From Thermodesulfovibrionales bacterium (GTDB lineage: Bacteria; Nitrospirota; Thermodesulfovibrionia; Thermodesulfovibrionales; SM23-35), in contig CAVQRT010000030.1 of assembly GCA_963715195.1 (NCBI GenBank), positions 32,001 through 96,000 of the forward strand: DNA of 64,000 nucleotides, read 5' to 3'. Positions 29,492-41,435 of the stretch are shown here, in pieces. A program made the translations under genes and the position numbers. The notes below the pieces were generated by a model that was given only the letters and a program-made list of their open reading frames with translations, was not told the DNA's origin and made no database searches. Within the stretch, counting starts at the first letter, position 1. Each line of letters starts with the position of its first letter.

Positions 29492-30199
29492 CTATGACGT
29501 TTTTTTATCGACTCCCTTACAGAACAATATCAGCGAAATCAAAATAAGCGATTCTCCTGCAATGAAGAGGGGCCACTGGAATCCGTTTGGAACATATTGT
29601 CCGATAATTTTTTGGAACGCGGGATCAGCAGGCAGAGTCCTCAATGTACCGGCAAACCCTTCCTGAATAATGATCATGGAGAAATCCCGGATAAACGTTA
29701 TGAAGATGAGTAACGCACCTGCAATAAGGGCAAAGCAAGGATATGCTCGGATTGACATCTGGTACCCCTTTTGACTTCTATAGATGATACACCCTGCAAT
29801 CCCTATCATGGTTATTGAACAAATCACAGGGGCAATGACGGGAGCAACCCATATCACAGGGATAAGAAAAAGAATATCCCACGTGAATAATGAAGGGGGC
29901 CAGTCCAGAAGAACCTTCAACCAGAGATAATAGAAAATATCCCATGTGCCAAAGCTGTACAAAAATATCGCGAACCGTTCAGGGGCATTCCTGCCACCCA
30001 GCAAACTCACGCTGAAAAGCATTACAATGGTTGCGATCTCACGAAGGTATTCTGTGAAAAGTACATGCGGGGTCATCAGTTTCAGGGGAAAGGAAAATCC
30101 CTCAGGATAGAATATCTCCCTGAGATAGACAACGACGGCAGCCTCGAGAAAACCCATTGCTATGGCAAAGACCGTAAGGGAAGTGATACGCGATTTCAA
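29492..30199 (-). CDS. Conserved hypothetical membrane protein
   Basis: AMGFLEAAVVVYLR, REIATIVML, WDIFYY, WDILFLIP; start uncertain. Confidence 0.75.
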   Translation of the reverse strand: MKSRITSLTVFAIAMGFLEAAVVVYLREIFYPEGFSFPLKLMTPHVLFTEYLREIATIVMLFSVSLLGGRNAPERFAIFLYSFGTWDIFYYLWLKVLLDWPPSLFTWDILFLIPVIWVAPVIAPVICSITMIGIAGCIIYRSQKGYQMSIRAYPCFALIAGALLIFITFIRDFSMIIIQEGFAGTLRTLPADPAFQKIIGQYVPNGFQWPLFIAGESLILISLILFCKGVDKKTS

Positions 30200-30254
30200 T
30201 GTCTCGTTCTCACTATTTGTGCAACAGGCTCTTAGGATTTGCAATAACTGAGGA

Positions 30255-30698
30255 TTAGGACTGAACCTCTTCCTCTTTTTCATCTGCTGCGGTCCCTACT
30301 GCAACTTCTTTCATCTCGAGGCAGTCATGGGGGCAATACTCCACACAGCGGCCGCAGTGTATGCATACAAAAGGTTCGCCCGCAGGGTCGAGATAGATTG
30401 CATCAACAGGACATGCCTTCGCACATTCGCCGCAGCGGATGCACAGTTTCTTTCTGACGACAACCCCTCCCCCCTTTCTCTGGGAATACGCACCGGTCGG
30501 GCAGGCATGAACACACGGGGCAGGATCGCACGCAAGACAGCTTCTCGCTTCAAAACCCGTCGAAAGCCCCCCTGAGGTGCGGATGCGAATCCCTGCGGTA
30601 TCCCAGGATAGCCTTTTATGGACGAGGCGCGCACAGGCCAGTGAACAGGAATGGCAACCAATGCATCGTTCCATTTTCGGCGTGATCAGAATTTTCAT
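30255..30698 (-). CDS. 4Fe-4S dicluster/polyferredoxin electron-transfer subunit
   Basis: CIGCHSCSLAC, CLACDPAPC..ACP, CIRCGECAKACP, CIHCGRCVEYCP. Confidence 0.9.
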   Translation of the reverse strand: MKILITPKMERCIGCHSCSLACARLVHKRLSWDTAGIRIRTSGGLSTGFEARSCLACDPAPCVHACPTGAYSQRKGGGVVVRKKLCIRCGECAKACPVDAIYLDPAGEPFVCIHCGRCVEYCPHDCLEMKEVAVGTAADEKEEEVQS

Positions 30699-30729
30699 AA
30701 CAACTTCTCCTTAACCATAACGCTCCCGT

Positions 30730-32391
30730 TCACACTCCTGCTGCTGCAAAAGCAGCGCTGACTATGCGTACTGCCTCTTTCTGGATCTCCAGCAGATGCT
30801 CTTCACTGAGAAAACTTTCTGCGTAAATTTTATAGATATCCTCAGTGCCGGATGGCCGGGCCGCAAACCACCCGTTCTGAGTAATGACCTTAAGCCCTCC
30901 GATATCTGCGTTGTTTCCCGGCGCACGGGTCAGTTTTGCAATGACAGGCTCACCGGCCAGCTCCCGTGCAGGAACCATATCAGGTGAAAGTTTTTTCAGC
31001 ACCTCTTTCTGGGGAGGTGCTGCGGGTGCATCGATCCTGGTAAAAAAAGATCTCCCGAAACGGTCTTCCAGCTGCCTGTAAAGTTCAGCAGGGTCTTTCC
31101 CTGTTTTCGCAGTTATCTCACAGGCAAGAAGATCCATGATTATACCGTCCTTGTCGGTTGTCCAGACCGTCCCGTTCTTTCTGAGGAAAGAAGCACCGGC
31201 ACTCTCTTCCCCTCCGAATCCGTAAGAGCCGTCTATAAATCCGTCGACAAACCACTTAAACCCGACCGGAACTTCGACAACCTTTTTCCCAAGCGCTTCA
31301 GCAATACGGTCTATCATTGATGTCGAAACGAGAGTTTTCCCTACTGCAGCGTTCCTGCTCCAGCCATTCCTGTTCTGAAACAGATACCATATGGCGGCGG
31401 AGAGATAGTGGTTTGGGTTCATCAGCCCCGCGTCTTTTGTTACAATGCCGTGGCGGTCGACATCGGTATCATTTCCAAAAGCAATATCAAAGCGATCTTT
31501 TAACCGGATCAACCCCTCCATGGCATAGGGCGAGGAGCAGTCCATTCTGATCCTGCCATCCTTGTCAACGGTCATGAAGGAAAATGTAGGATCAATAATA
31601 TCATTGACGACATTCAGATTCAGATGATACCGTCCGGCGATGGGGTCCCAGAAATCAACCGAAGCACCGCCAAGAGGATCTGCACCGATATGGAGACCAG
31701 CTCTCGCTATGACTTCCATATCGATAATGTTTCTGAGGTCTTCCACATATGGTGTTACATAATCATGCTCCTTAATAAATTCAGACTTGACTGCCGCTTC
31801 GTAGGGTATTCTCCTGACACCTTTGAGTTTTTTGAAAAGTAATTCATTGGCTCTTGTTTCAATCACCTTTGTGGTTGCCGTATCCGCCGGCCCGCCGTGA
31901 GGCGGGTTATACTTGAACCCCCCGTCCTCGGGCGGATTATGAGAAGGAGTAATAACCACACCGTCTGCCCGGCCTCTGCTCCCCCGAATCTTCCTGTTAA
32001 AGGTGAGGATGGCATGAGAGATGACCGGAGTCGGTGTATACCGGAATCCCTTCTGGACAAAAACGGTTACCTTATTCCCGGCAAAGACCTCGACTGCACT
32101 CGCAAAAGCCGGCTCGGACAATGCATGGGTATCCATTCCCAGGAATAAGGGGCCGTTGATTTTATGTGCCTTCCTGTATTCGCAGATTGCATGGCTGACT
32201 GCGAGGATATGGGCTTCATTAAAACTGTTTTTCAGGGACGATCCCCTGTGTCCCGAAGTTCCAAAGGCAACCTGATGGGTCGTTTGAGTGACGTCAGGTT
32301 TATGCGTATAATAGGCCGCGACAAGACGCGGGATGTTTTCAAGTATTGACCGTGGTGCCGGTTTCCCGGCGAGTTCATGCAGTTTCATCAT
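30730..32391 (-). CDS. pgm: Phosphoglucomutase (alpha-D-glucose phosphate-specific)
   Basis: [32 protein letters not shown]. Confidence 0.95.
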   Translation of the reverse strand: MMKLHELAGKPAPRSILENIPRLVAAYYTHKPDVTQTTHQVAFGTSGHRGSSLKNSFNEAHILAVSHAICEYRKAHKINGPLFLGMDTHALSEPAFASAVEVFAGNKVTVFVQKGFRYTPTPVISHAILTFNRKIRGSRGRADGVVITPSHNPPEDGGFKYNPPHGGPADTATTKVIETRANELLFKKLKGVRRIPYEAAVKSEFIKEHDYVTPYVEDLRNIIDMEVIARAGLHIGADPLGGASVDFWDPIAGRYHLNLNVVNDIIDPTFSFMTVDKDGRIRMDCSSPYAMEGLIRLKDRFDIAFGNDTDVDRHGIVTKDAGLMNPNHYLSAAIWYLFQNRNGWSRNAAVGKTLVSTSMIDRIAEALGKKVVEVPVGFKWFVDGFIDGSYGFGGEESAGASFLRKNGTVWTTDKDGIIMDLLACEITAKTGKDPAELYRQLEDRFGRSFFTRIDAPAAPPQKEVLKKLSPDMVPARELAGEPVIAKLTRAPGNNADIGGLKVITQNGWFAARPSGTEDIYKIYAESFLSEEHLLEIQKEAVRIVSAAFAAAGV

Positions 32392-32414
32392 GATTTCCTT
32401 GATAAAGATAAAAT

Positions 32415-33782
<1,368 letters not shown>

Positions 33783-33840
33783 CTATTGTCCCGTAATCTA
33801 ATAGACGATTACCATCTCTGATAGCATTGAGGAGAATAGT

Positions 33841-34899
33841 ATGATCGAAGGGCGTGACAGATATATCGAACGTTCCGTGAGCGCTGCTGTCCTCTTTGTT
33901 CTCATAGCAGGATGTTTTGTGGTTCTCAGACCGTTCATATCCGCGTTGTTGTGGGCATTGATCCTTACTTTTACGACGTGGCCTGTCTACAAGTGGTGGA
34001 CGGATATCCTCAGGGGTAACAGGACACTTGCGGCAACAATCATGACGCTGCTGCTTGCTGCCGTCTTTCTCATACCTCTTTTGGTGATTGGAGTAACTTT
34101 CGCTGATGAAGCAACAAGTCTTATTGCACATATACGCCGGGCATTTGAAACAGGACTTCCCCCCTTACCTCAATGGATAGAAAAAGTTCCGATCATTGGG
34201 GCTGATATTCATGAGCGCTGGGAGATATGGACGACTGACGAAACACAATTTGAAACGTTTATTGCTCCTTATCTAAAGAATCTCAGGGACTTTGTTCTAA
34301 AAAGCACTCCTGTCATCGTTCAAGCCCTGTCTCAGATACTCCTGAGCATCGTCGTCTGTTTTTTCTTCTTCCGTGACGGAGAGGAGTCTGCAAAAAGTCT
34401 TGGGAATTTGATGAAGAAAATTGCCGGAGAACGCTCCGGAAAGCTTATGCAAGTTGCCGCAGATACTACGAAGAGTGTTGTGTACGGCATCATCGGGACT
34501 GCTGCGGTACAGGGGGTGCTTGCAACAATCGGATTTCTTATCGCCGGCGTACCCGGCGCCCTCATTTTCGGTTTTCTGACCTTTTTTCTCGCATTCATTC
34601 CGATGGGACCTCCCTTTATCTGGATACCGGTAACGGTCTGGCTCTTCTATAAAGATTCCGTTATCTGGGGAGTTTTTATGTTGATATGGGGTATGTTTGT
34701 TATCAGCGGGGTGGACAATGTCGTTAAACCCTATCTCATCAGCCGGGGGGGAAGCCTTCCGTTCATTCTCATCCTTCTCGGCGTCCTCGGCGGCGTTATT
34801 GCGTTCGGATTTGTAGGAGTCTTTCTTGGACCAACGCTGCTCGCGCTCGGATATTCGCTTATATCCGAATGGACATCGAAAAAAGAACCTACCGAATAA
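33841..34899 (+). CDS. AI-2E (PerM/YdiK-like) transporter
   Basis: TM pattern, DNVVKPYLI..G, GVFLGP. Confidence 0.9.
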   Translation: MIEGRDRYIERSVSAAVLFVLIAGCFVVLRPFISALLWALILTFTTWPVYKWWTDILRGNRTLAATIMTLLLAAVFLIPLLVIGVTFADEATSLIAHIRRAFETGLPPLPQWIEKVPIIGADIHERWEIWTTDETQFETFIAPYLKNLRDFVLKSTPVIVQALSQILLSIVVCFFFFRDGEESAKSLGNLMKKIAGERSGKLMQVAADTTKSVVYGIIGTAAVQGVLATIGFLIAGVPGALIFGFLTFFLAFIPMGPPFIWIPVTVWLFYKDSVIWGVFMLIWGMFVISGVDNVVKPYLISRGGSLPFILILLGVLGGVIAFGFVGVFLGPTLLALGYSLISEWTSKKEPTE

Positions 34900-34904
34900 T
34901 AACA

Positions 34905-36608
34905 GTGAAGATACTCCTCGTTTACCCGTACTTCCTTGATGAGAGGATCCATGCCGAAGACGCAGGAACAGTCCCTATCGGTCTTTACTATGTTGGTGCA
35001 CTAATGAAGGAAAACAACCACGATGTCGAGATCCTCAATTGGTATGACATGAAAAAAAAAGATGCCGAGATAGCGGAAAAACTGAGGGAGAAAAAACCGG
35101 ATATCATCGGAATTTCGATTGTACATGCCAACCGGTGGGGTGGCATTGATATCGCAAGGATTGCAAAAAAAATTCTCCCCCGCGTAAAAATAGTATTCGG
35201 CGGAATCGGCGCCACATTTCTCTGGCAACACCTCCTGAAGCATTGTGAAGAAATCGATTATATCGTCCTTGGTGAGGGAGAATACAGTTTTCTTCATCTC
35301 ATTGCCTGCTTGCAGGAAGGAAGAGACAGCGACATACCGTCAGTGAAAGGCCTTGCCTTCAGGTGTAATGGGAAATCGATCAGCACCGGACCTGCGGACT
35401 TTGTTAAGGACCTCGACCAATTGCCCATGCCTTCAGAACACTTTGTGTTTCAGCACATCGTATCATCGCGTGGTTGTCCTTCCGACTGCACCTTCTGCGG
35501 TTCGCCGCGGTTCTGGGGGCGCAGGGTCCGATTTCATTCACCGGAATATTTCGTCCGGCAGCTTGAACAACTCCATCAGAAAGGAGTCTCTTTTTTTTAC
35601 ATCTCGGACGATACCTTTACGATGAGAGAAGACCGTGTGATAGCGATATGCCGGAAGATTATTGAAAGGAATCTTGCGATTACATGGTTCTCCATCTCAC
35701 GGGTAAATTTGATCAGTGAAGAGATGCTGTACTGGATGCGAAGGGCAGGGTGCATACAGATCAGTTTCGGGGTTGAAAGCGGTTCTGAAAAAATCAGGAA
35801 CGCCCTGAATAAAAACATCCGGACCGACGATATAAAGAACGCCTTTGCGCTGACGCGGAAGTATGGCATACTCCCGCGCGCCTATTTCATCTATGGTAAT
35901 CCGGGTGAAACGAACAAAACGATCCGGGAAACCATCGACCTGATCGGAGAGATCAAACCCCTGAGTGCAATTTTCTATATCCTTGATATCTTTCCCGGAA
36001 CCGAACTCTATGAAGATTTTCTGGAGAGAACAAAGATCAGGGATGATATTTGGTTAGAGAGAATAGAGGACATCATGTATTTTGAGACTGATCAGCGATT
36101 GTCGCAGGATATGATCCTTGCTTTTGGCCGAAGACTCAGGTCTGCTTTCCACAAGAAACTTCCTCAATGTGCTGATGATATTGAGCTCGCAGACAGGGAA
36201 GACCTTTATCAATTGCATGCCGATTTTCTCTCGAGGCTTGCAATGACGTTCAGTCACGGGGACTACGCAATGATTGAGGCAATCCCCGGCAAAGAAGAAG
36301 TAGCCGAAAGGCTCTATATCAGGTCCCTCTCATATGCCCCGAACCAAAGAGCCTTTCTCGGTCTCGGGAGTCTTAAACAGCGGCAGAGGAGATATGAAGA
36401 ATCGATCAGGATCTTAAACGAGGGGATGAATCATTTTCCGGAAAACGATCAGATTGCCCTGTGCTGCGGGATAAGCCATATGTGCCTTGCCCACTATGAC
36501 AAGGCGCTGCACTGCTTCAGCAAATGCCCTGATTCCCCCGAAGTCGCTCGCTATATAGAAAGCTGTCATCGCATGTTGAACTTTCCTGATAGCCATTCTG
36601 CATCTTGA
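34905..36608 (+). CDS. Cobalamin-binding radical SAM protein with C-terminal TPRs
   Basis: B12-binding N-terminus (GEGE), SRGCPSDCTFC, GVESGS, TPR-like helices. Confidence 0.9.
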   Translation: MKILLVYPYFLDERIHAEDAGTVPIGLYYVGALMKENNHDVEILNWYDMKKKDAEIAEKLREKKPDIIGISIVHANRWGGIDIARIAKKILPRVKIVFGGIGATFLWQHLLKHCEEIDYIVLGEGEYSFLHLIACLQEGRDSDIPSVKGLAFRCNGKSISTGPADFVKDLDQLPMPSEHFVFQHIVSSRGCPSDCTFCGSPRFWGRRVRFHSPEYFVRQLEQLHQKGVSFFYISDDTFTMREDRVIAICRKIIERNLAITWFSISRVNLISEEMLYWMRRAGCIQISFGVESGSEKIRNALNKNIRTDDIKNAFALTRKYGILPRAYFIYGNPGETNKTIRETIDLIGEIKPLSAIFYILDIFPGTELYEDFLERTKIRDDIWLERIEDIMYFETDQRLSQDMILAFGRRLRSAFHKKLPQCADDIELADREDLYQLHADFLSRLAMTFSHGDYAMIEAIPGKEEVAERLYIRSLSYAPNQRAFLGLGSLKQRQRRYEESIRILNEGMNHFPENDQIALCCGISHMCLAHYDKALHCFSKCPDSPEVARYIESCHRMLNFPDSHSAS

Positions 36609-36615
36609 AAAAGAT

Positions 36616-36957
36616 CTACCCTGGCGGCCAGTGCATGATCCGTCCACCGAGCACATGAAGATGAATATGGAATACTGTCTGGCCTGATTCCGGGTTGCAG
36701 TTCATTACGAGTCTGAATCCGCGATCTGCAATCTTGCTCTCCCCCGCGATGGTATTCGCAATCTGGAACAGGTGTCCGACAAGCCAGTTGTCGTCCGTTT
36801 TTATCTCTAAATTGGTGGAAATGTGTTTCTTGGGCACTACGAGGACATGCACGGGTGCCTTGGGATTAACGTCCTCGAAGGCAAGGGCATGATCATCCTC
36901 ATAGAGTATTTTAGCCGGGATTTTTTTCCCTACGATTTCACAGAATAAGCACTCCAT
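36616..36957 (-). CDS. hinT: Histidine triad (HinT/PKCI-like) nucleotide-binding protein
   Basis: CLFC, HIHLH, WPPG. Confidence 0.92.
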   Translation of the reverse strand: MECLFCEIVGKKIPAKILYEDDHALAFEDVNPKAPVHVLVVPKKHISTNLEIKTDDNWLVGHLFQIANTIAGESKIADRGFRLVMNCNPESGQTVFHIHLHVLGGRIMHWPPG

Positions 36958-37047
36958 AATTTTTTCTCCTCTCAGGTTTGTTCATTATAGCTTCACATGC
37001 AGACCGGTATTTCAGAAATCGCGAATTGAACTGGCAGGGTTTCTCCG

Positions 37048-37083
37048 AAAAAAGGGGATGCCGGATTCCCCGGTATCCCCTTT
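37048..37083 (-). terminator. Terminator after the ferredoxin / dsr operon
   Basis: GGGGATGCCGG/CCGGTATCCCC stem flanked by A6 and T3. Confidence 0.8.
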
Positions 37084-37118
37084 CATTCTTCTATTCCATA
37101 GGTATGTATCTGTTAATC

Positions 37119-37310
37119 TTACTGTTCTTTGAGTGTCACTGCACCACTCGAACAAACACTGACGCAGGTTTCACATCCTTCACACAGGTCTGCCTGATAA
37201 GGGTCTGCCTTACCATCATTCATCTGAAAGACACCAACCGGACAGTTGTTCACGCATTCTTCACAACCTTCACATTTTTCTTTGTCTACTGAAACCAGGA
37301 ACGTGCCCAC
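37119..37310 (-). CDS. 2[4Fe-4S] ferredoxin
   Basis: CEGCEECVNNCP and CEGCETCVSVC; GGAGGTG SD. Confidence 0.92.
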   Translation of the reverse strand: MGTFLVSVDKEKCEGCEECVNNCPVGVFQMNDGKADPYQADLCEGCETCVSVCSSGAVTLKEQ

Positions 37311-37408
37311 TCCTTTTCACCTCCTTATGTAAATTACCGAAACGGTTATATAGGTAACGTTAATTACGAATGCTTTATTGCACCTTATACAGTCTAGGGC
37401 TGCTTCCC

Positions 37409-38599
37409 CTATTCGGTCTTGATCTGCCTCTCGCCGTATTTATCAAACACGACTTCTTCTTTAACCGAGATGGCCACCTTGTAAAGAATTGTCAGCACCA
37501 GAAACCCGATTGCCCACACAGCCATTGTAATCATCGCCTCTGGCAGAGTAGGCCAATACTCGGTTATTCTCTCAAAAGGATTCGGTACAAAGCCACCGAC
37601 AACAAGTCCGAACCCCTTGTCTATCCATAAGGAAAAGAACGTTGCTATGCAGGCAATAGCCAGTAAGCTCTCATTTTTCCGTATCTGCGGGAAAACCAGC
37701 ATGAACAAAGCAATAGCCGCAAGGATACTTGAGACCCACATGATCGGTACGAGTTTGGAATGACCATGCAGTCCAGTATAGAGATACACAAAAGAGTGCA
37801 TATGGCCAGGAATCTGGCTGTAGAATGCCGTAAAGAATTCGAGTCCGAGGAAAAACACATTGATGATCATGCAATACGTGACTATCTTCCCTAATGACTG
37901 TATCGCCTCTTTACCGGGATCAAATTTTGTATATTTTCGTACAATTAAGGCTAACAGAATAAGGAGCGCGGGACCGCCGGCAAAAGCCGATGCGAGAAAT
38001 CGGGCTGCCATGATTGCAGACAGCCAGAAGTGCCTTCCGGGAATACCGGCGTACAGAAATGCCGTAACAGTATGAATGGAAGGGGCCCAGGCTATTGATA
38101 GATAAATAATCGGTTTTACCCATTTCGGAGGCGCTACTTCCTTGCGCTCGGCACTTAAAACCGTCCAACCAATCAAAAGATTGAGTATGAGGTAACCGCT
38201 CAGGACAAGCATGTCATAGAACATGACAGAGTTAGGAGTCGGATGAAGGATTACATTCAGGACGCGGAGCGGCTGCCCGAGATCGACAAAAATAAAGAGC
38301 ATGCACATGATGACCGCGGCAATCGCCAGGAATTCACCCAATATGGTAAGCCGGGCGAACTTCTTGTAATTGTGGAGATAATATGGCAGGACAACCATCA
38401 CGCCTGAAGCCGCCACGCCAACAAGAAAGGTAAACTGTCCGATGTACAGGCCCCATGAGACGTCCCTGCTCATACCGGTTACACCCAAACCATATTTAAA
38501 CTGATAGAGGTACGCCAGAAATCCAGCTCCGATTACTGACAGCAGAAAGAATACCCATATCCAGTATCTTCGACTTCCTTGTATCGCATTTTCAAGCAT
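37409..38599 (-). CDS. dsrP: DsrP membrane subunit (NrfD/PsrC family)
   Basis: TGMSRDVSWGLYI..FTFLVGVAA, SIHTVTAFL; position after dsrO. Confidence 0.93.
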   Translation of the reverse strand: MLENAIQGSRRYWIWVFFLLSVIGAGFLAYLYQFKYGLGVTGMSRDVSWGLYIGQFTFLVGVAASGVMVVLPYYLHNYKKFARLTILGEFLAIAAVIMCMLFIFVDLGQPLRVLNVILHPTPNSVMFYDMLVLSGYLILNLLIGWTVLSAERKEVAPPKWVKPIIYLSIAWAPSIHTVTAFLYAGIPGRHFWLSAIMAARFLASAFAGGPALLILLALIVRKYTKFDPGKEAIQSLGKIVTYCMIINVFFLGLEFFTAFYSQIPGHMHSFVYLYTGLHGHSKLVPIMWVSSILAAIALFMLVFPQIRKNESLLAIACIATFFSLWIDKGFGLVVGGFVPNPFERITEYWPTLPEAMITMAVWAIGFLVLTILYKVAISVKEEVVFDKYGERQIKTE

Positions 38600-38608
38600 T
38601 ATTCCCTC

Positions 38609-39418
38609 CTAAAGGACGTAATACACGCTCGGCCCGGTTCCAAGTTCGGGCTTACGTCTCATGCTGAACCGTTCACTGAGAATTTTTCTGACCTCCGAAT
38701 CCGGATCTTCAAGGTCGCCAAAGATCAATCCGGGGGTTGTACCGTTTTTCGCGGCAACTTCTTTCGCTGCCTCGACACAAGCCGGTTCAAGACCTACTGC
38801 CAGCCTTTCATAACATAAGGTACATTTTTCAACGACACCCTTCATCCGTGTCGGAAATTCGCGGTTTTCCGTTGATTCATCAATATGAGGCCGGGGATCC
38901 TTGTAATTGAAACTTCTGGCTCCATACGGACAGCCTGCCATGCAGAACCTGCAGCCGATGCATCGGTGCATGTCCATCATGACAATGCCGTCGCTCTCTC
39001 TCTTGAACGTTGCTTGTGTCGGACACACCCTCACGCAAGGAGGATTGTCGCAATGGTTGCAGAGGAGGAGGAAAGGCATGTGTTTCACTTTCTCCGCAAG
39101 GTATTCATCTTCATTCCCGGGGAATGCATGTTCATATGTGTCAGTCCACATCCACTTGATCTCTTGCTTCGGGTTATCAGAACCGGCGGGGACATTGTGC
39201 ACATGATGACATGCATCAATACATTTCTGATAATCTTCAGGTGTCTTAAACTTGCTCATATCAACGACCATTGCCCATCTCTTGGCAGTCAGAGCAGTAG
39301 GACTCGATTTGATCTGAGATGCCTCGAGATCGTTTCTGACCGTGTTCGCTAATGAAAATCCTCCAACGCCCAAGATAGATGACATCCCAGCAATCTTTAG
39401 AAATTCTCTTCTGTCCAT
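38609..39418 (-). CDS. dsrO: DsrO periplasmic Fe-S protein (Tat signal)
   Basis: MDRREFLK, CNHCDNPPCVRVCP, CIGCRFCMAGCP, KCTLC. Confidence 0.93.
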   Translation of the reverse strand: MDRREFLKIAGMSSILGVGGFSLANTVRNDLEASQIKSSPTALTAKRWAMVVDMSKFKTPEDYQKCIDACHHVHNVPAGSDNPKQEIKWMWTDTYEHAFPGNEDEYLAEKVKHMPFLLLCNHCDNPPCVRVCPTQATFKRESDGIVMMDMHRCIGCRFCMAGCPYGARSFNYKDPRPHIDESTENREFPTRMKGVVEKCTLCYERLAVGLEPACVEAAKEVAAKNGTTPGLIFGDLEDPDSEVRKILSERFSMRRKPELGTGPSVYYVL

Positions 39419-39420
39419 AC

Positions 39421-39826
39421 TTATGTCTCCTTCTCTTTCGGGGCAATATGACAATCCCAGCAGTATGGTTTCACTGCTGCATAGTTATGACATTCGTCAC
39501 AAAATTTGGTCTTATTTGAATGACATTTCATACAGGTCTTCTGAAGACTCATGGTATACTTCTTTTCCGGTCGTGCTTGTATATATGGTCATCCCGTCAC
39601 GAACAACCCAATCCCGCCATTCATTCAGCATTTTCATATGTTCTCGTTTCATGAACTCTTTTGATTCAACACATTTTCGCTCACTTTCGGGCATTTTGAG
39701 GATTTCAGGGGTATCCACTTTCGGATCAGGCTTTGCCGTTGCCTTCTCCCCGGTCAACAAGAAGGGAGATATCACTAACCCTACAAAGATCAGAATCCCG
39801 ATAATTATCTTGCCTCCGTTATACAT
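39421..39826 (-). CDS. dsrJ: DsrJ triheme cytochrome c, with a +1 frameshift at 39563-39566
   Basis: CVESKEFMKREHM..WRD; removing one A gives SLQKTCMKCH..FCDECH..YCWDCH. Confidence 0.88.
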
Positions 39827-39827
39827 G

Positions 39828-41433
39828 TTATTCACCCTCCATTCCCGGGAGCGGTTCACCGCGCAGATTTGTCGTTCGCTTTTTCTCCCCCTTGCAGATC
39901 AGCGCATTCGCCACCATTTCATGGACACCGGTTACGTCGACTCCGGGCACCCAGTAATCCATCAATGGCGGAAGCACTGCCCTGTCGATCGCACAGATGC
40001 ACGCGAGCATGTTCACTCCGTATTTCTTATGAACATGTCTTACGGCATTCGCCCTCGGCAGCCCTCCCCGCAATCTCAGTTCCATATTTTCCGATGCATT
40101 CAGGCCGGAACCGCTGCCGCAGCAGAACGTCTGTTCCCTGATCGTCTGAGGAGGCATTTCATAAAAGTTATTACATACACTGTTGATGATATATCTCGGC
40201 TCTTCAAGGAAGCCCATGCCTCTCGATGTATTGCATGAGTCATGGTAGGTTACGATAAGATTATCGTTCCTGCTCTTATCAAGATTCAGCTTCCCGTGTT
40301 TTATAAGATCTGCGGTAAATTCACAGATATGAACGGTCTTGTTGGATTTTGCATTCTCAAACTTCGTGCCGGTTATCGGGGAGACAGGTTGTTCAAGAAA
40401 ATCCATGGGGCCAAACCATGTATTATGGTACTGGTGCCACACCCTCCACATATGACCGCATTCTCCACCCATAACCCACTTGACTTTCAGTCTTTTGGCC
40501 TCTTCATAGATTTTATTATGGAGTCTCTTTGCCATCTCATTCGATGTAAAGAAACCAAAATCCCCGCCTTCTGATGCAAAGGTGCTCCAGGTATAATCGA
40601 GCCCGAGTTCATGGAATAAGAGCAGTTCCCCCATTGCAGTAAATGTACCCGGATCTGCAAACATACTCCCGGAGGGAACGACAAAGAGAATCTCCGCACC
40701 CTTTCTGTTGAATGTCGGAGTCAACCTTGATTCCTGTGTATTTCTCTATATCTTCGATGAACATCTCAAAGGTGTCCTTGATGGTGTGAGGCTGAAGGCC
40801 AAGGTGATTTCCGGTCAACCAGCAGTTGGCGACAGGACCTGCTATCCACTCAATATTCAATCCGAGGAGGTTGAGCAGTTCCCGTGCAAGAATCGTAATT
40901 TCAGCGGTGTCGATACCGTACGGGCAGAAAACAGAGCACCGCCGGCATTCAGAGCACTGGTAGGCGTAATACCATATTTCTTTCAGAACATCGACGTTCA
41001 GATCACGCGCTCCTGCAATCTTGCCCATGATTTTTCCCGACGTCGTGCAATATTTTCTGTATATCGACCTTAGAAGTTCAGCTCTGAGGACCGGCATGTT
41101 CTTGGGATCTCCGCTGCCAATATAGTAGTGGCATTTGTCAGCACATGCACCGCACCGGACACAGATGTCAAGGAAGAGCCGGAATGAACGGTACTTATCT
41201 ACCCGCTCCCGGAGTCCTTCAATAAAGATTTCCTGCCAGTTATCAGGGAGTTTCCAGTCTTCATCTGAGGCCGACCATGGCCGGGGATTCGGGAATGAAA
41301 CGGTCTCAAGGGATTTTGCCTTGCTCGCGTAACAGAACATTCCCTTTCTGAAGACAGTTGGTGTTTCCATCCACCCTGTTTTAGCAGGTTGATAATCAAT
41401 CTTTGCAAGTTCTTCTGGTTTTGGATTTGCCAT
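39828..41433 (-). CDS. dsrK: DsrK Fe-S/CCG subunit, with a +1 frameshift at 40723-40724
   Basis: CVRCGACADKC and CSECRRCSVFCP in one frame; GECGH, HDSC and CCGSGSG in the next frame. Confidence 0.92.
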
Positions 41434-41435
41434 AA

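Noticed and set aside
39421..41433. Programmed frameshifting or selenocysteine readthrough in dsrK/dsrJ
   Set aside because: Breaks are single-base insertions, not in-frame TGA; no heptameric slippery site with a stimulatory structure seen
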